Part shown: positions 33,905-44,254 of the stretch, piece after piece
Numbering within the stretch: position 1 is the stretch's first letter
Layout: every line of letters starts with the position of its first letter
Source of the DNA: Porphyridium purpureum
Lineage: Eukaryota
DNA: 64,000 bases
Assembly (NCBI GenBank): GCA_008690995.1
Contig: VRMN01000001.1
Location: forward strand, 2,666,001 to 2,730,000
Direction of reading: 5' to 3'
Made by a program: the position numbers and the translations under genes
Notes under the pieces: generated by a model
The model's database searches: none
The model's input: only the letters and a program-made list of their open reading frames with translations
What the model was told of the DNA's origin: nothing

Positions 33905-34393
33905 GACGCTCGTTCACCGCGCGGTCCAGCAAGCGGCCCACGAAAACAGCTGCCGCGCTCCGTCTCCCCGGCACCTGAAGCGTGAACGTATGCTATCGTG
34001 TATACGACCTTTCTTACTCCAGCGCCCTCCTCACTCGCACCACTCCGCATTGGTCCTTATTCTTCCGCTATACAAATTGAGCCCACAACGCCACACAACC
34101 TGGGGGCCGATACGAAAACGGACTGATTTCCCACGTTTTGCAGAAACGGATTTTCATTCTTATGGGGAGTGCGTGTGAGCGTGTTTTTGAAAAGGAGGTT
34201 CAGTTAGGGGTTCTGGTTGTGTGTGTAGGGTTCTATTTTTGTGTTCGACGCGTGTACCTGGGTTGATGGGTCATAGGTCACCACCTCCACCGGCGCGCCG
34301 TTTGGATGCATCGGTCTGCCGTGACACCGGGGAACACGACGCCTCGTCGCGATGCGCAGTTTGGGATACCCAGGCACTCGCCTCCGCCGGTAT

Positions 34394-34804
34394 TCAAGCC
34401 GCCGGTATGCATCCGGACGGGCGATGCAATGATTGCGTGCTGCGCCGGCTCAACGATGACGATGCGCCGCCCGCGGCGTCGTTCCGGACCTCGCCGAGCA
34501 GTTCGAGCTCGACGAGATCAAACATGGCGTGCGAGTACTCATAACTTACCGCTTCTGCGCATGACGCCTTGGGCGGCGACGCCTTGGCCTGCTCGCGCCT
34601 CTTTTCCGTCGCGGCTGCACCCAAAGGTTTCTTGGTCACGCGCGTCGCGGTCTTCCTTGTGGTCCGCGCGTTCCCATCGGCCAACGACACGGACCAGTAG
34701 CAGTCCTTTCCGCAAAACACGCCGTCCTCCGACTCCAGCGCGCCCCACGTCACGCTCCGCCCGCAATTCCGGCACACCTTCACCGCATAATTCGCCGCCT
34801 CCAT
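34394..34804 (-). CDS. Small treble-clef (TRASH/FCS-like) zinc-finger protein
   Basis: CRNC-x15-FCGKDCYWS; ATG at 34804. Confidence 0.65.
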   Translation of the reverse strand: MEAANYAVKVCRNCGRSVTWGALESEDGVFCGKDCYWSVSLADGNARTTRKTATRVTKKPLGAAATEKRREQAKASPPKASCAEAVSYEYSHAMFDLVELELLGEVRNDAAGGASSSLSRRSTQSLHRPSGCIPAA

Positions 34805-35389
34805 GCAAGACACTGGACGCACGCAGTCAACAACGCTCCTAGACCACGCGCCTTATCCTCGAGCAAGCCGCCTTGCTTCCTCCTCCTCGCTCGCTTGCTC
34901 TCTCTCTCTCCCAGCTGAAGACTATTTAGACTTCGACACGAACGTGCTGCGGCCGCCACCACCGCCAGATCCGAGTCGAGCAGCGCGCACATGTCACGCG
35001 CAATCTGCCGATGCGCCTTGTTACACGCCGTCGTTCCAGCTGGGCCGCGTGCGTGGTCGCAGGCAGCCAACACACCAAAAGGCCATCTCTTAGCAATCGC
35101 ATCACCGCCGGCTCACGCCCATGCGAATGCAAGTCAATCAATACCAATGCTTCGTGAGCCAAACAGCGAGTTTTCAAGCCACGCCCGGCCGTTATTTTTC
35201 CCTCGGCGGTCTCTGAATTAGGCTTACAGCTTGGTCAATTTTTTTCCTGTTTCCCCATGCGTAAATTCAAGACGTGGCGGCGACAGGCGCGTAGGGTTCG
35301 AGCGCCCACGGGAGATGCACCCTCCGATGCGTGACCATGCCTGAAGAGCCAAACGACCGCATCACAGAATCGGAACAGCAAATGCGAAA

Positions 35390-38321
35390 CTACCACTTCT
35401 TGCTACCGGTAAGTTTCTTCTTCGTGCGCACCTGCTGCTTGTAGTTCCGCTGCTGGTTTTCCATGAACGTCAAGATCTCCTTTGCCTTGGCGGCGCCGCG
35501 CTCGTCCGCACGCAGCTTCTGGTTGAACCGCTCGCGCTGCATGACTGCAGCGTCCTTGCGCACCTCACGCATCGCCGAGCGCTCCTCACGCCGCACGCGC
35601 TTCGCAAGCCGCTTGAGCTCATCTGCGCGCTGCGCATCAGACTGTTCCGGCTGCGATCGCCAGTGGGCGGCCGATTCTGCCTGGATGCGCGGATTGAGCA
35701 GCTTTGGCGCAGCCTGCTTCTGTACATATAGTTGCAGCGGCGCGCGTCGCATAGCACCCACAGCGCTCTCCACCACGCTCGTGGTTTCTTCCACTGCCTC
35801 AAGCAGATGCGTCGGAAGATCTCGTGCCCTCATCCGTTTCACCAGCCGGTGCAGCTCATTCTGAACAGGTGCAATATACTGCGGAAACCCGTCATTCCCG
35901 TGAGCGCCATCCTGCGCGGCGCATATCTTGCGTACGCACATCAAGACACCTGCGAGAATCTGTTCGGCGAGTGATTCTGCGCCATTCTCGCCGTCAGACC
36001 ACATACAGCGCGGGACAGAAAAGCTAACCAGCCGGCCATTTGATGCTGCACTGCGCATCAGAACGGCCGGGCTTAACTGAGATGCCAAATTAGGCAAAAT
36101 CGAATCTACATCTACAAAGCTGTCTCCACGAAGATCATCTCCATCTCTTTTTGTCTCTTCGTCTTCAGCCTGTATTCTGCCTGAACTGGGTTCGGGCAGC
36201 ACGCGGCTGAGCACGGACTTACAAAACCAAACCAGCTCACCGCTTGTACGACCGCCCTCGGAAAGCCACGACTGCAACATGCAAGCCGCCAACGTATTTT
36301 TCAGCACGTCGCCTAGCGAGGGCATGCGCGCGTGACAGAGCGACTGAGCCAGTAGCAGCTCTGCGGCCGACGTGATTGGGTGGCGAAAATCTGATTTTGG
36401 AAACAAACGACCCACAACGTGAAGCAGCAACAGCTCGCGTGCATCCAAAGGCCGACATTCTTCAAAGTCTACCGCGAACGATCCACTCATCGCAGTGCCG
36501 TCGCCGCGCTCGTGCTTGTTGACTCCAGGACCACTCGATTCCAGGTCGCTGCGCATGCGGTCGAAAACACTGCGCAGAATCTTGGTTGCCCACCGGATCA
36601 ATGGAACTACTGAGTCTTCTATACACATACCATAAATCTCGGGTAAAAGCATATCGACCTCGAGAAGCACCAACTCAACCGCTTGCAGGTCGGCCGCGCT
36701 CTGCTTTGTCGGACTAGAGTGCGTCAGCCACCGGCCGACCTTTTCTATACGCTGAAGTAGAAGCTCCAAAAGGGTTGCACGCAATGCCCGGTTCGCCTGC
36801 GGCCCACGGCCACCTAGCTTGCTAGAAAAGCATTTGCGCAGACGCGACACGACCAGAGCCCGCTGGCGAGGAGACTTGTCGGCAAATAGCTCTAGTAGCT
36901 CAGCCAATGTGGACGGACATGATGCAAAAATAAAAGGAATTTCATCATCATGTACAAAGCGATGACTTGCGTACCACTCCGATAATGCTGCCGTTGAAGC
37001 TGGGGTGGCTGCCGAGTCTCCAAAGTCGCCATCATGCTCATCCTCCTCCGCTGCACTCGAGGACGAGCTTGAGGCCGTTTCATATTCACGGCGTTCTATT
37101 TTCGCGCTCCCATCGTTGCTGCTGTCCTGATCGCTGACATCTGCTTGATCCTCATCGACCTCCCTGCCCAAAATAAAGTCATCCTCTGCGTCCAAGTCAT
37201 CTGCCGTGGATGTTTGCCGCTGGTTCCTCTTTCTCTTTTTGCGGTATCCACCAGCAGAGTCACCATCAGATGAGCCTGGCTCTTCGTCACCCTGCATGCG
37301 ACGCAGGCGCATTTTCTCGAGCTTGCGCATTTCTTCAAGCTCGCGCTCTGCTACTTGCTCTTCTGTGAGAAGACGATTGGAAGCCGCAGCCGCGCGATGC
37401 TCGGCCAGCAGTTCGCGCACATGTCGATCATACTCGGCATTCTTGTCCTGTGGAGAGGCCGCATCAGACAGCGGCTCCGGAACTGGGACTTTCAGCTGCT
37501 TGGGCTTGCCGAGTGCCGCGCTAGGCGTACCAAAGTCGCGTTTGGGGAGCATGCCAAGCACGCTACTAAGCTGGAGATCCAGTTGCTCTGTATCGCGCTC
37601 CACGAGTGCCTTTTCGCGCTGGCGCTCTGCCTTGTGCATCTTGGCCTTGAGCATAACCTCCTGCATGATTTCCGCGTGGGTGCGTTGCTGCGAGGGTAGC
37701 GGTTCTCGCTCTGCATCGCCGGGATGTCCCGCTGCGGCTTTGGAACCGTTGCCAACGCCTTCGCCGAAATGGTACCGCGCTTGCATAAAAGCTTCATCTG
37801 CGTCGTCCAGGTCTGAATCCAGCTCGTACACGTCGGCGTCCTGGTTTCGCAACTCACCTTTGGTTGGCTTGCGTGGGCGCCGCACGGCAAGCTCATCGAC
37901 TGCATCAAAATCGTCGATCGGTTTGCCGCCGTGTGTCAAAGTCAGCAGCTGGTCCTCATCTTCGTCCTCTTGAGCGTCCACGCCGTCGCCGTCGTCGTCG
38001 TCGTCATTCAAATTGTACCGGCTGCGTTTCAACGCGCGACGCGACGCCTCCTGCTGGAACCGGCGCAAGTAGCGCTCCTCCTCGCCCATCGCCGGGTCAT
38101 TCTCGCCAATCCGCCGGTCGGCGACCAGATTAGCGCGACGCTGCTGCTCCCACTGCGCCTTGGCGCGACGGCGCCGCCTCGGCCAGCCCGCGCGACTGCG
38201 ACTGCCGCCTGACGCCGCCGTGCGTCCCATCGCCGGCCTCCCCAGCTTTCCTATCCGCACCGACCACATCGTGCTTCCTCCGCGAAAACCGCAAGTCGAA
38301 CACAGACCCGCCTTCCACCAT
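35390..38321 (-). CDS. NOP14: Nucleolar protein 14 (SSU processome) with apparent frameshift near 38177
   Basis: DRRIGENDP, LTLTHGGKPI, RTHAEIMQEVMLKAKMHKAERQ, FPKSDFRHPI and REERSAMREVRKDA; the conserved N-terminus (VFDLRFSRRKHDVVG) is in another frame starting at the ATG at 38321. Confidence 0.92.
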
Positions 38322-38342
38322 CCTGCGCAGCAACTCTCACCC

Positions 38343-38377
38343 CACACCACCCCACACCACCACCACCACCACCACCA
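38343..38377. repeat. Imperfect (CAC)n microsatellite upstream of NOP14
   Basis: Visible cac cac cac run. Confidence 0.8.
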
Positions 38378-39425
38378 ATCCAACCCCCGACCGTCTCACC
38401 CGTCGTCCGCGGCCCCTCTCCCGTCCCGCCTCCCGCACCAACCACCAAGCCTCCTTCCTCCCCGGGGTACACTGCCCCCAGTGTACCTCGCCGCATCCCG
38501 CTCTACTCGCTGTACTTCCAAAGATAGCCCACCTTACTCCACGCGTAATGTGCCATTACGCCATGTAAGCATCGGCACCGTCGCAGCGTGTGCGTGCCTG
38601 CTTGTCCATCCATCAGTCCACAGGATCCCAACAAACCCACAGATCTGCTCCTTTTTCATTCATGTTACTTTTCTTCTACACCTCGTCGCCTTCCACGACC
38701 ACCACCACTGCTACTCAGTTGCTTTTTTCGTTGGATTTTTTTGTATATTTTTTTGGGGCGCTGCGGCGGTGTTGGCGTTTTTCAAGGGCGCATTATGCTT
38801 ATTCGGCTCGTCTTACTCATTTTGCTCGTCTCACTCATTTTCATTTCAGTCACACGACACCGCCTGGGCCCCCCTCACCCGCACGCGGAACCTCAACGCA
38901 TCTGCCACGCGATCCTAGTGACGGGCGACCACGCGTGCGATGGCCGTCTCGAGAATACACGCTCCAGAACACAAGAGCGCGTGGGGGCGACAAGCGACCA
39001 GCGACCAGCGCCAAGCGAAGCATGTAGGCAGGCCCACCGGAACAGGGACAGCAGAACACGGTAAGTTTCGTCGTGTGCCACTTGACTTTTTGTGATAAAG
39101 TGGTGCGTGCTGGGCGTGGGGCGGAGCTCGGAGCTTGCGTTTGGAGCGTTGACCCAATTCGGTGCCGCGCAAGGTGTGTGTTTATATGGCTGTGTGGTTG
39201 AGGCGGCTGGAAAATCCGCATCGTGTGGCTCGGGAGCAAGAGGTGGGGGAAATAAGAGAAGGATACGGAGTGTTGTCCTGCGTGTCCACACACGTCTGGT
39301 GTGAGGAGACAGGACGCCGTAGCAGAATAGACGCGAGGAGGAGAGAAAAAAGAGAGGAGGAAAAGGAAAGCCTTCAGCGCGACGAGCCCAACCGGGAGTG
39401 TGGCGTGCCCGAACATCGCGAAACA

Positions 39426-40577
39426 ATGGAGGTCGCGTTGTTTGAAATGGACCGGCTCAAAGTGGAGCGAGCGTCGCTTGCCGGTCTAGCCATGATGGGC
39501 GCGAAGCCATTCTCGCACGCACAACGGACCCTGCCGGTCCACGCTGCGGCGTCGACCTCGACGACGTCAAGGTCCTCGCCCAAAATGACGCGCACATTGA
39601 AAAGGTCCCGCTCACCGTCCGACGGAACCAAAGAGTCTGCAATAGTCAAGCCTGTGAAAGCCACGCCGACCAGGGTGAAGCGTACCCCGTGCGGCGGCGC
39701 GCCCGGGCACAAGCTGCAAGCACCGGCTCAGGAGGAACAGTCCAAGGCCATGATTGCCGCACAAGTGCTTGGCCTGCTAAGAAGTAGCAGTCAGGACGGC
39801 GCACGAACACAGACGGACGTCGCTTTGGCAACAGCAAAGGCAGCATCTGCTGCAGTAGCAGACCAGCGTCCAGCCGAGGAATCCTTGTATGTGCCACCGC
39901 AGCCACACGTTTCGATCATGTCGCCAACAAGCGCGTGTTCACATGATGGAGCAGCCATGGTGGCAAACTTGGTGATTTCGCCCAGCGTGCGAATGCAGCA
40001 GGAGCAGGCATGCAAAAGTGGTGCGGCATCTTGCATGAGCTATGCCGAATCTTTGACCAATGTCGAGACTAGCACCGGGAACGATGTGGAAGTTCCCTGC
40101 GACCAGTGCCATCGACGGTTTCGTCGAACGAGTAATCTGGCGAAGCACGTGCGCATGGTGCACCAGGCCGAGCGCGACTACCGTTGCCTTCAGTGTCCAG
40201 CTTCGTTCACACAGCCAAACAGTTTGAAAAAGCACGTTTCCTGTGTCCATGAAAAAGTTCGGCGCCATGTATGCGACGAGTGCGGAAACGCTTTTGGCCA
40301 GTCGGGTGACCTCAATGTACACATCAAAACAGTACACAACAGAGAGCGCGCGTTCCCGTGCCTGCAGTGCGATCAGCGCTTCAAGATGCGGCAACATCTC
40401 GATAAGCACGTGCGCATGAAGCATGAAAAACTTCGCCCCTTTGCATGTCCATGCTGCGGACGCCGCTTTTCAGAAAAGACAGATGCTAAGCGCCATGTGC
40501 TGCACGTGCATCCGACCGAGACAGAGATCGTGTCTCGCATCGACACACTGTTGCAGCCTTCCATGATGAACCCGTGA
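39426..40577 (+). CDS. C2H2 zinc-finger transcription factor with five fingers
   Basis: Five CxxC-x12-HxxxxH units (CDQC, CLQC, CDEC, CLQC, CPCC); first ATG at 39426. Confidence 0.92.
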   Translation: MEVALFEMDRLKVERASLAGLAMMGAKPFSHAQRTLPVHAAASTSTTSRSSPKMTRTLKRSRSPSDGTKESAIVKPVKATPTRVKRTPCGGAPGHKLQAPAQEEQSKAMIAAQVLGLLRSSSQDGARTQTDVALATAKAASAAVADQRPAEESLYVPPQPHVSIMSPTSACSHDGAAMVANLVISPSVRMQQEQACKSGAASCMSYAESLTNVETSTGNDVEVPCDQCHRRFRRTSNLAKHVRMVHQAERDYRCLQCPASFTQPNSLKKHVSCVHEKVRRHVCDECGNAFGQSGDLNVHIKTVHNRERAFPCLQCDQRFKMRQHLDKHVRMKHEKLRPFACPCCGRRFSEKTDAKRHVLHVHPTETEIVSRIDTLLQPSMMNP

Positions 40578-40946
40578 ACGCAACCTGCCAAGTCCGCCAA
40601 AGAAATCGTACACGTGGTGCACCATGGCCAACGTGAGGCGAGTGGCCGCGAAGTGCGAGCATGGATTTGGAATTCAATCTGATGCACCAGCGCAAAATTG
40701 TGATTTGGTGGTGCTCGTTTGACACGCGTCTATCCATAGTGAGGGATGTGGTCCATCACTTGCTCTCTGACTTGATGTACCGAATATGGCCTTTTTATGG
40801 AAGCGTTCCGCCACATAGTCATGCGCGGCGGAGAAAATTTCTGGCGCACCTTGTGCAGAGCGCCGCTCCACCGTACTGAGCACCGCTTCCGAAAAGGAAA
40901 ACGTAAAAGACAAATTGTTGTAAATGAAACTTTAAAAAACTGCCTT

Positions 40947-40985
40947 GCGTCACCCGACCAACGGCCGCGTCACCGACCAACGGCC
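40947..40985 (+). repeat. Tandem duplication of GCGTCACC(C)GACCAACGGCC upstream of the aquaporin
   Basis: Two adjacent copies (40947-40966 and 40967-40985) differing by one C. Confidence 0.85.
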
Positions 40986-41028
40986 AAGTCCCGTAAGTTT
41001 GCATGGTCGGAGTACGAATGAGCCTAGC

Positions 41029-41991
41029 ATGAGCGAGCCTGATGCGGTAGGACCGAGGTATACAGGCGGGCTACTCAGGACGTGGTACTCGCCGCTCGTC
41101 GAAAGTGATGTGTACGCTTCGCCGTCGGCCTCATCGGCCGCCCGCTTCACGACGCTCCAGCAGGTGCTGGGCGCGCAGGAGTTTCGGCCGGGCGGTGGCG
41201 TGTATCGAGGATCACTCATTGAGTTGATCGGCACGTGCATATTTGTGTACGTTCATATTGGGATTGTGCGAGCCGCCACCTTGTTTGGCGCGTTTGCGTA
41301 TCCGCCGTTGATTATGGGTATTGTGCACGCGATATTGCTGAGCTTGTTTATTTTCACCACTGCGGCACCTTCTGGTGGTCATCTGAACCCGAGCATCACG
41401 CTCGCCACGACATTCACAGGGCACACGACTCTTTTCCGCTGCGGCATGTACTTATCTGCGCAAATTGTGGGCGGGATTCTGGGCGCCGTCCTCATGCGAG
41501 TGAGCCTGGGATGGCATCAAGGGCCTTTCTCCGACGCAGAAATGGCCGTCTGCTCATTCGGGTCCTTATCGGTGGGCTCTGCTTTCATGGCGGAAGTCGT
41601 ATGGACTTTTGCGCTCCTTTTCGTTGCGTTTGGGATTGCCTTTGATCCTCGCCAGGCCCAGCTCTTTGGACCCATTATGGCTCCAGTTTTCATTGGCACC
41701 CAACTCGGCATCAACATATTTGCAAGCGCAAGCTTGTCCGTCGAGCCGGGCTACGTCGCGGGCATGAATTTTGCCGTATGTCTGGGCCCTGCTGTTGCAG
41801 TTGGGAGGGTCCCAGCAACGACTTGGGTTTACTTTCTGGGTCCCATGGTGGCAGCCGCCGTACTTGCTGTCGTGTTCATCTCGGCACCTCCACATCATGC
41901 AAAGCATGGGTTTTATCGGCCCCCGCTGTTGTGTTCTGCACCGTTGGTTGGAGAATTGTCGGAGCATGCTTTAGCTCAGACGGGCTCCTGA
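41029..41991 (+). CDS. Aquaporin/MIP, XIP-like, with NPS and NFA boxes
   Basis: ELIGT, SGGHLNPSIT, AFDPRQAQLFGP and GYVAGMNFAVCLGP; six hydrophobic helices. Confidence 0.92.
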   Translation: MSEPDAVGPRYTGGLLRTWYSPLVESDVYASPSASSAARFTTLQQVLGAQEFRPGGGVYRGSLIELIGTCIFVYVHIGIVRAATLFGAFAYPPLIMGIVHAILLSLFIFTTAAPSGGHLNPSITLATTFTGHTTLFRCGMYLSAQIVGGILGAVLMRVSLGWHQGPFSDAEMAVCSFGSLSVGSAFMAEVVWTFALLFVAFGIAFDPRQAQLFGPIMAPVFIGTQLGINIFASASLSVEPGYVAGMNFAVCLGPAVAVGRVPATTWVYFLGPMVAAAVLAVVFISAPPHHAKHGFYRPPLLCSAPLVGELSEHALAQTGS

Positions 41992-42242
41992 GACGCCGCT
42001 ATGCGCTTCTGAGATGTTTGCAAAGCGAAGGACGTGGCTACGACTATGATTGGTGAGATTGAGAAGAACACGCTGGCCCTGAAACGGGGAACGGATCTAC
42101 GAGGACCGGGTCTCGCCCGGCTGATTTCGAAAGAAGGTGAAGCCTTCCCACGGAAAAGCACAAAATCATGCACCGACGACAGATCACTGCTCTGCGCTGA
42201 AGCAAACGATCAAAGTAGGAGATGGGATCCGCATGTTCACTC

Positions 42243-43216
42243 TTACCGCGCAAGGTGTGCCGCGCTGTTCCTGTGCTGGAAGTTCCTTAACACCCTAGTG
42301 GCATGAGGCGGCTGCAATTTTTGCGCAGCTCCCACTGGTCGGTTCTCGATGCGGCTCCACACCGTATCGCCGTGCGATACGGTCGTGAAACCGTGGCCAT
42401 CCTTGCCTGGGAGCTTGGGCGTGTCGACATGCAGCACATGGTGGAAGCGTCCCGTTCATTCGACACGTTCGCGCAATGCACACAAGCATGAGAGTACTTG
42501 CGCTGCCTCGAGCTTGGCAAGCGTACATGTGTAATACCAGCGTTATCCGAAACTTCGAGCGCGTGGTCGTGGGTACCGCAAGGCAAGTCGTCTAATCTGG
42601 CAATGCGCGGCAAATGGCCGACACCAGCGCTCGCATCCACCTTGTCCAGCGCGTGTACCGCGACCAAGCCAGCGCCGATTCGGGCGTGCGTTGGTGTGGG
42701 CGTGGATTCCAGCAAATTCGCATGTGTCGTGGCAGGCGTTTCGGTTGGGTCGGGTGTCAGAAAGGCTGTCGGTGTCGGCGATGGCAAAGGAGCCGGACTA
42801 CAATCGCACGTGTATCGCGGGAACTTGATCTCGAACAAGACATTGTCGAGCCCTCTTGCCCCAACGCCAATGACATCGCAGCAACGTGGATCGATCATCG
42901 CGCCGCCAAATTGTGAAAGACCCGTCCACGGCGTAACTCCCTTTGAGCACTCAGTATTGGGATATCCGTGCGCCTCAAGCGACCAAACAATATCCACAAG
43001 TTTGGTCGATTGGACGGACATGATTTCAGCGTCCGTCGATGGCTCGGACCAGTCGGTGGGCAGATTATCTTACAAGGTGAGATTAAGCTCGACTGGGGTG
43101 CCTGCACGGTTCTGCTGCGGAAAGGCCCGCACGGTCTTCGTTGACGCATCTTACACGCAGCCAGCTCGCAGCATCGGGCCGCGGGCCAGAACTGCGAGCA
43201 CACTAGCGCGCATCAT
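42243..43216 (-). pseudogene. Disrupted secreted protein with Pro/Thr linker and red-algal-type C-terminal domain
   Basis: MMRASVLAVLA start at 43216; in-frame TAA at 43153-43151 and 43072-43070; Cys-rich domain, PSPTPT linker, DDLPCGTHDHALEV; TTVSHGDTVWSRIENR lies in a shifted frame. Confidence 0.65.
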
Positions 43217-43667
43217 TGGAGCCCTCCCTCCAGAACTGCCAGAACACCGGTCTGTCCGGATCACCTTGACCATTCGCGGCTCTGCGTGTCGTCCCACTCA
43301 GGCATCAGAAAGGGCTACTATCGAATGGAGTTGACTTGTCTGAGCGCAAGCGCCACGCTGGCCAGGCAGCCGACACTCGTTCCTCACCACTGTACCGACA
43401 AAAGCATATCCGCGCTCATCATACTAAACCGAACGCGTTCCCACGATCCTTCCTTTCTGCTCAAACCGGGATTGTTTGATGGTGGAACGCCGATGGTGAC
43501 GTGTAGACTACCGCTACGCGCGTCGTCGAACAGGCGTGCTCGCTCACTCCCTTACAAAAAGACCACAATGTACATATACACACACGCAGCTGCCGTTTCC
43601 ACCATCATCCGCTTGCCCGATGGTGCGACGCGCCAACCAAGAAAACAGACAGTGCACGAATACGAAC

Positions 43668-43687
43668 GAGAGCGAGAGAGAGAGAGA
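43668..43687. repeat. (GA)n microsatellite
   Basis: gagagcgagagagagagaga. Confidence 0.8.
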
Positions 43688-44254
43688 AAACCATGGAAGC
43701 ACGTGTGCGAGTGTAGAAACGCACGAATCAGGCGCTCCACCCAGAATCGCGCACAGCCATATTCAAAACAAAAACCCTCAAAAAGGGAGGGGTGGCGGTG
43801 TGAGAAACCTCGATGCTGTAAAAATGCGCGCCAGTGTAACATATAAAAGCGTGGTCCTGGTTGCGATGCACATGCGCCAACGGCGCGCGGCTCAAATGCT
43901 TGTTGCACGCGCGCGATTTGGTGCCTGTGTCTCAGTGTTTGTGAGCGTGCGTTGCGTTTTTGGTTTTTTTGTGTTTTGGATTGCGGCAGTCTTTGGCGTT
44001 TCGTTTTGCGCTGTTGGTCTTGGCGCATGTTCGGCTCAGACCATTTGGAGATTGCCGTGTTGGACGGCTTGGCGCGAAGGGGGTAAGGGTTTATGGGTGA
44101 GTGAAACGCATAGCGTCGGTAGTGGTTGTGAGCCGGTACGCGTTAGTCGGCGCAGCCGCAGTGCGAGGCATTGCGTGCCAAAGTTGCCGTCGCGCGCACG
44201 CGTGCGCACGCGGCGCGACACAAGGAGGGCGGCGCGCAACGAGCAGCGGCATCG

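Noticed and set aside
34201..34234. Telomere-like TTAGGG/TAGGGTT words, also seen near 818 and 30721
   Set aside because: Isolated single copies, not arrays, and expected by chance.
35221..35320. tRNA-like T-loop GTAGGGTTCGAGCGCCCACGG downstream of NOP14
   Set aside because: The T-stem is imperfect and I could not build acceptor, D or anticodon arms; tRNAscan-SE or SPLITS would settle it.
38322..38918. Poly-Trp N-terminus of the NOP14 ORF and the poly-His ORF 38160-38918
   Set aside because: Both are translations of the (CAC)n microsatellite and low-complexity promoter sequence.
42498..43334. 278-aa plus-strand ORF
   Set aside because: Antisense to the secreted-protein pseudogene, with no independent coding signal.
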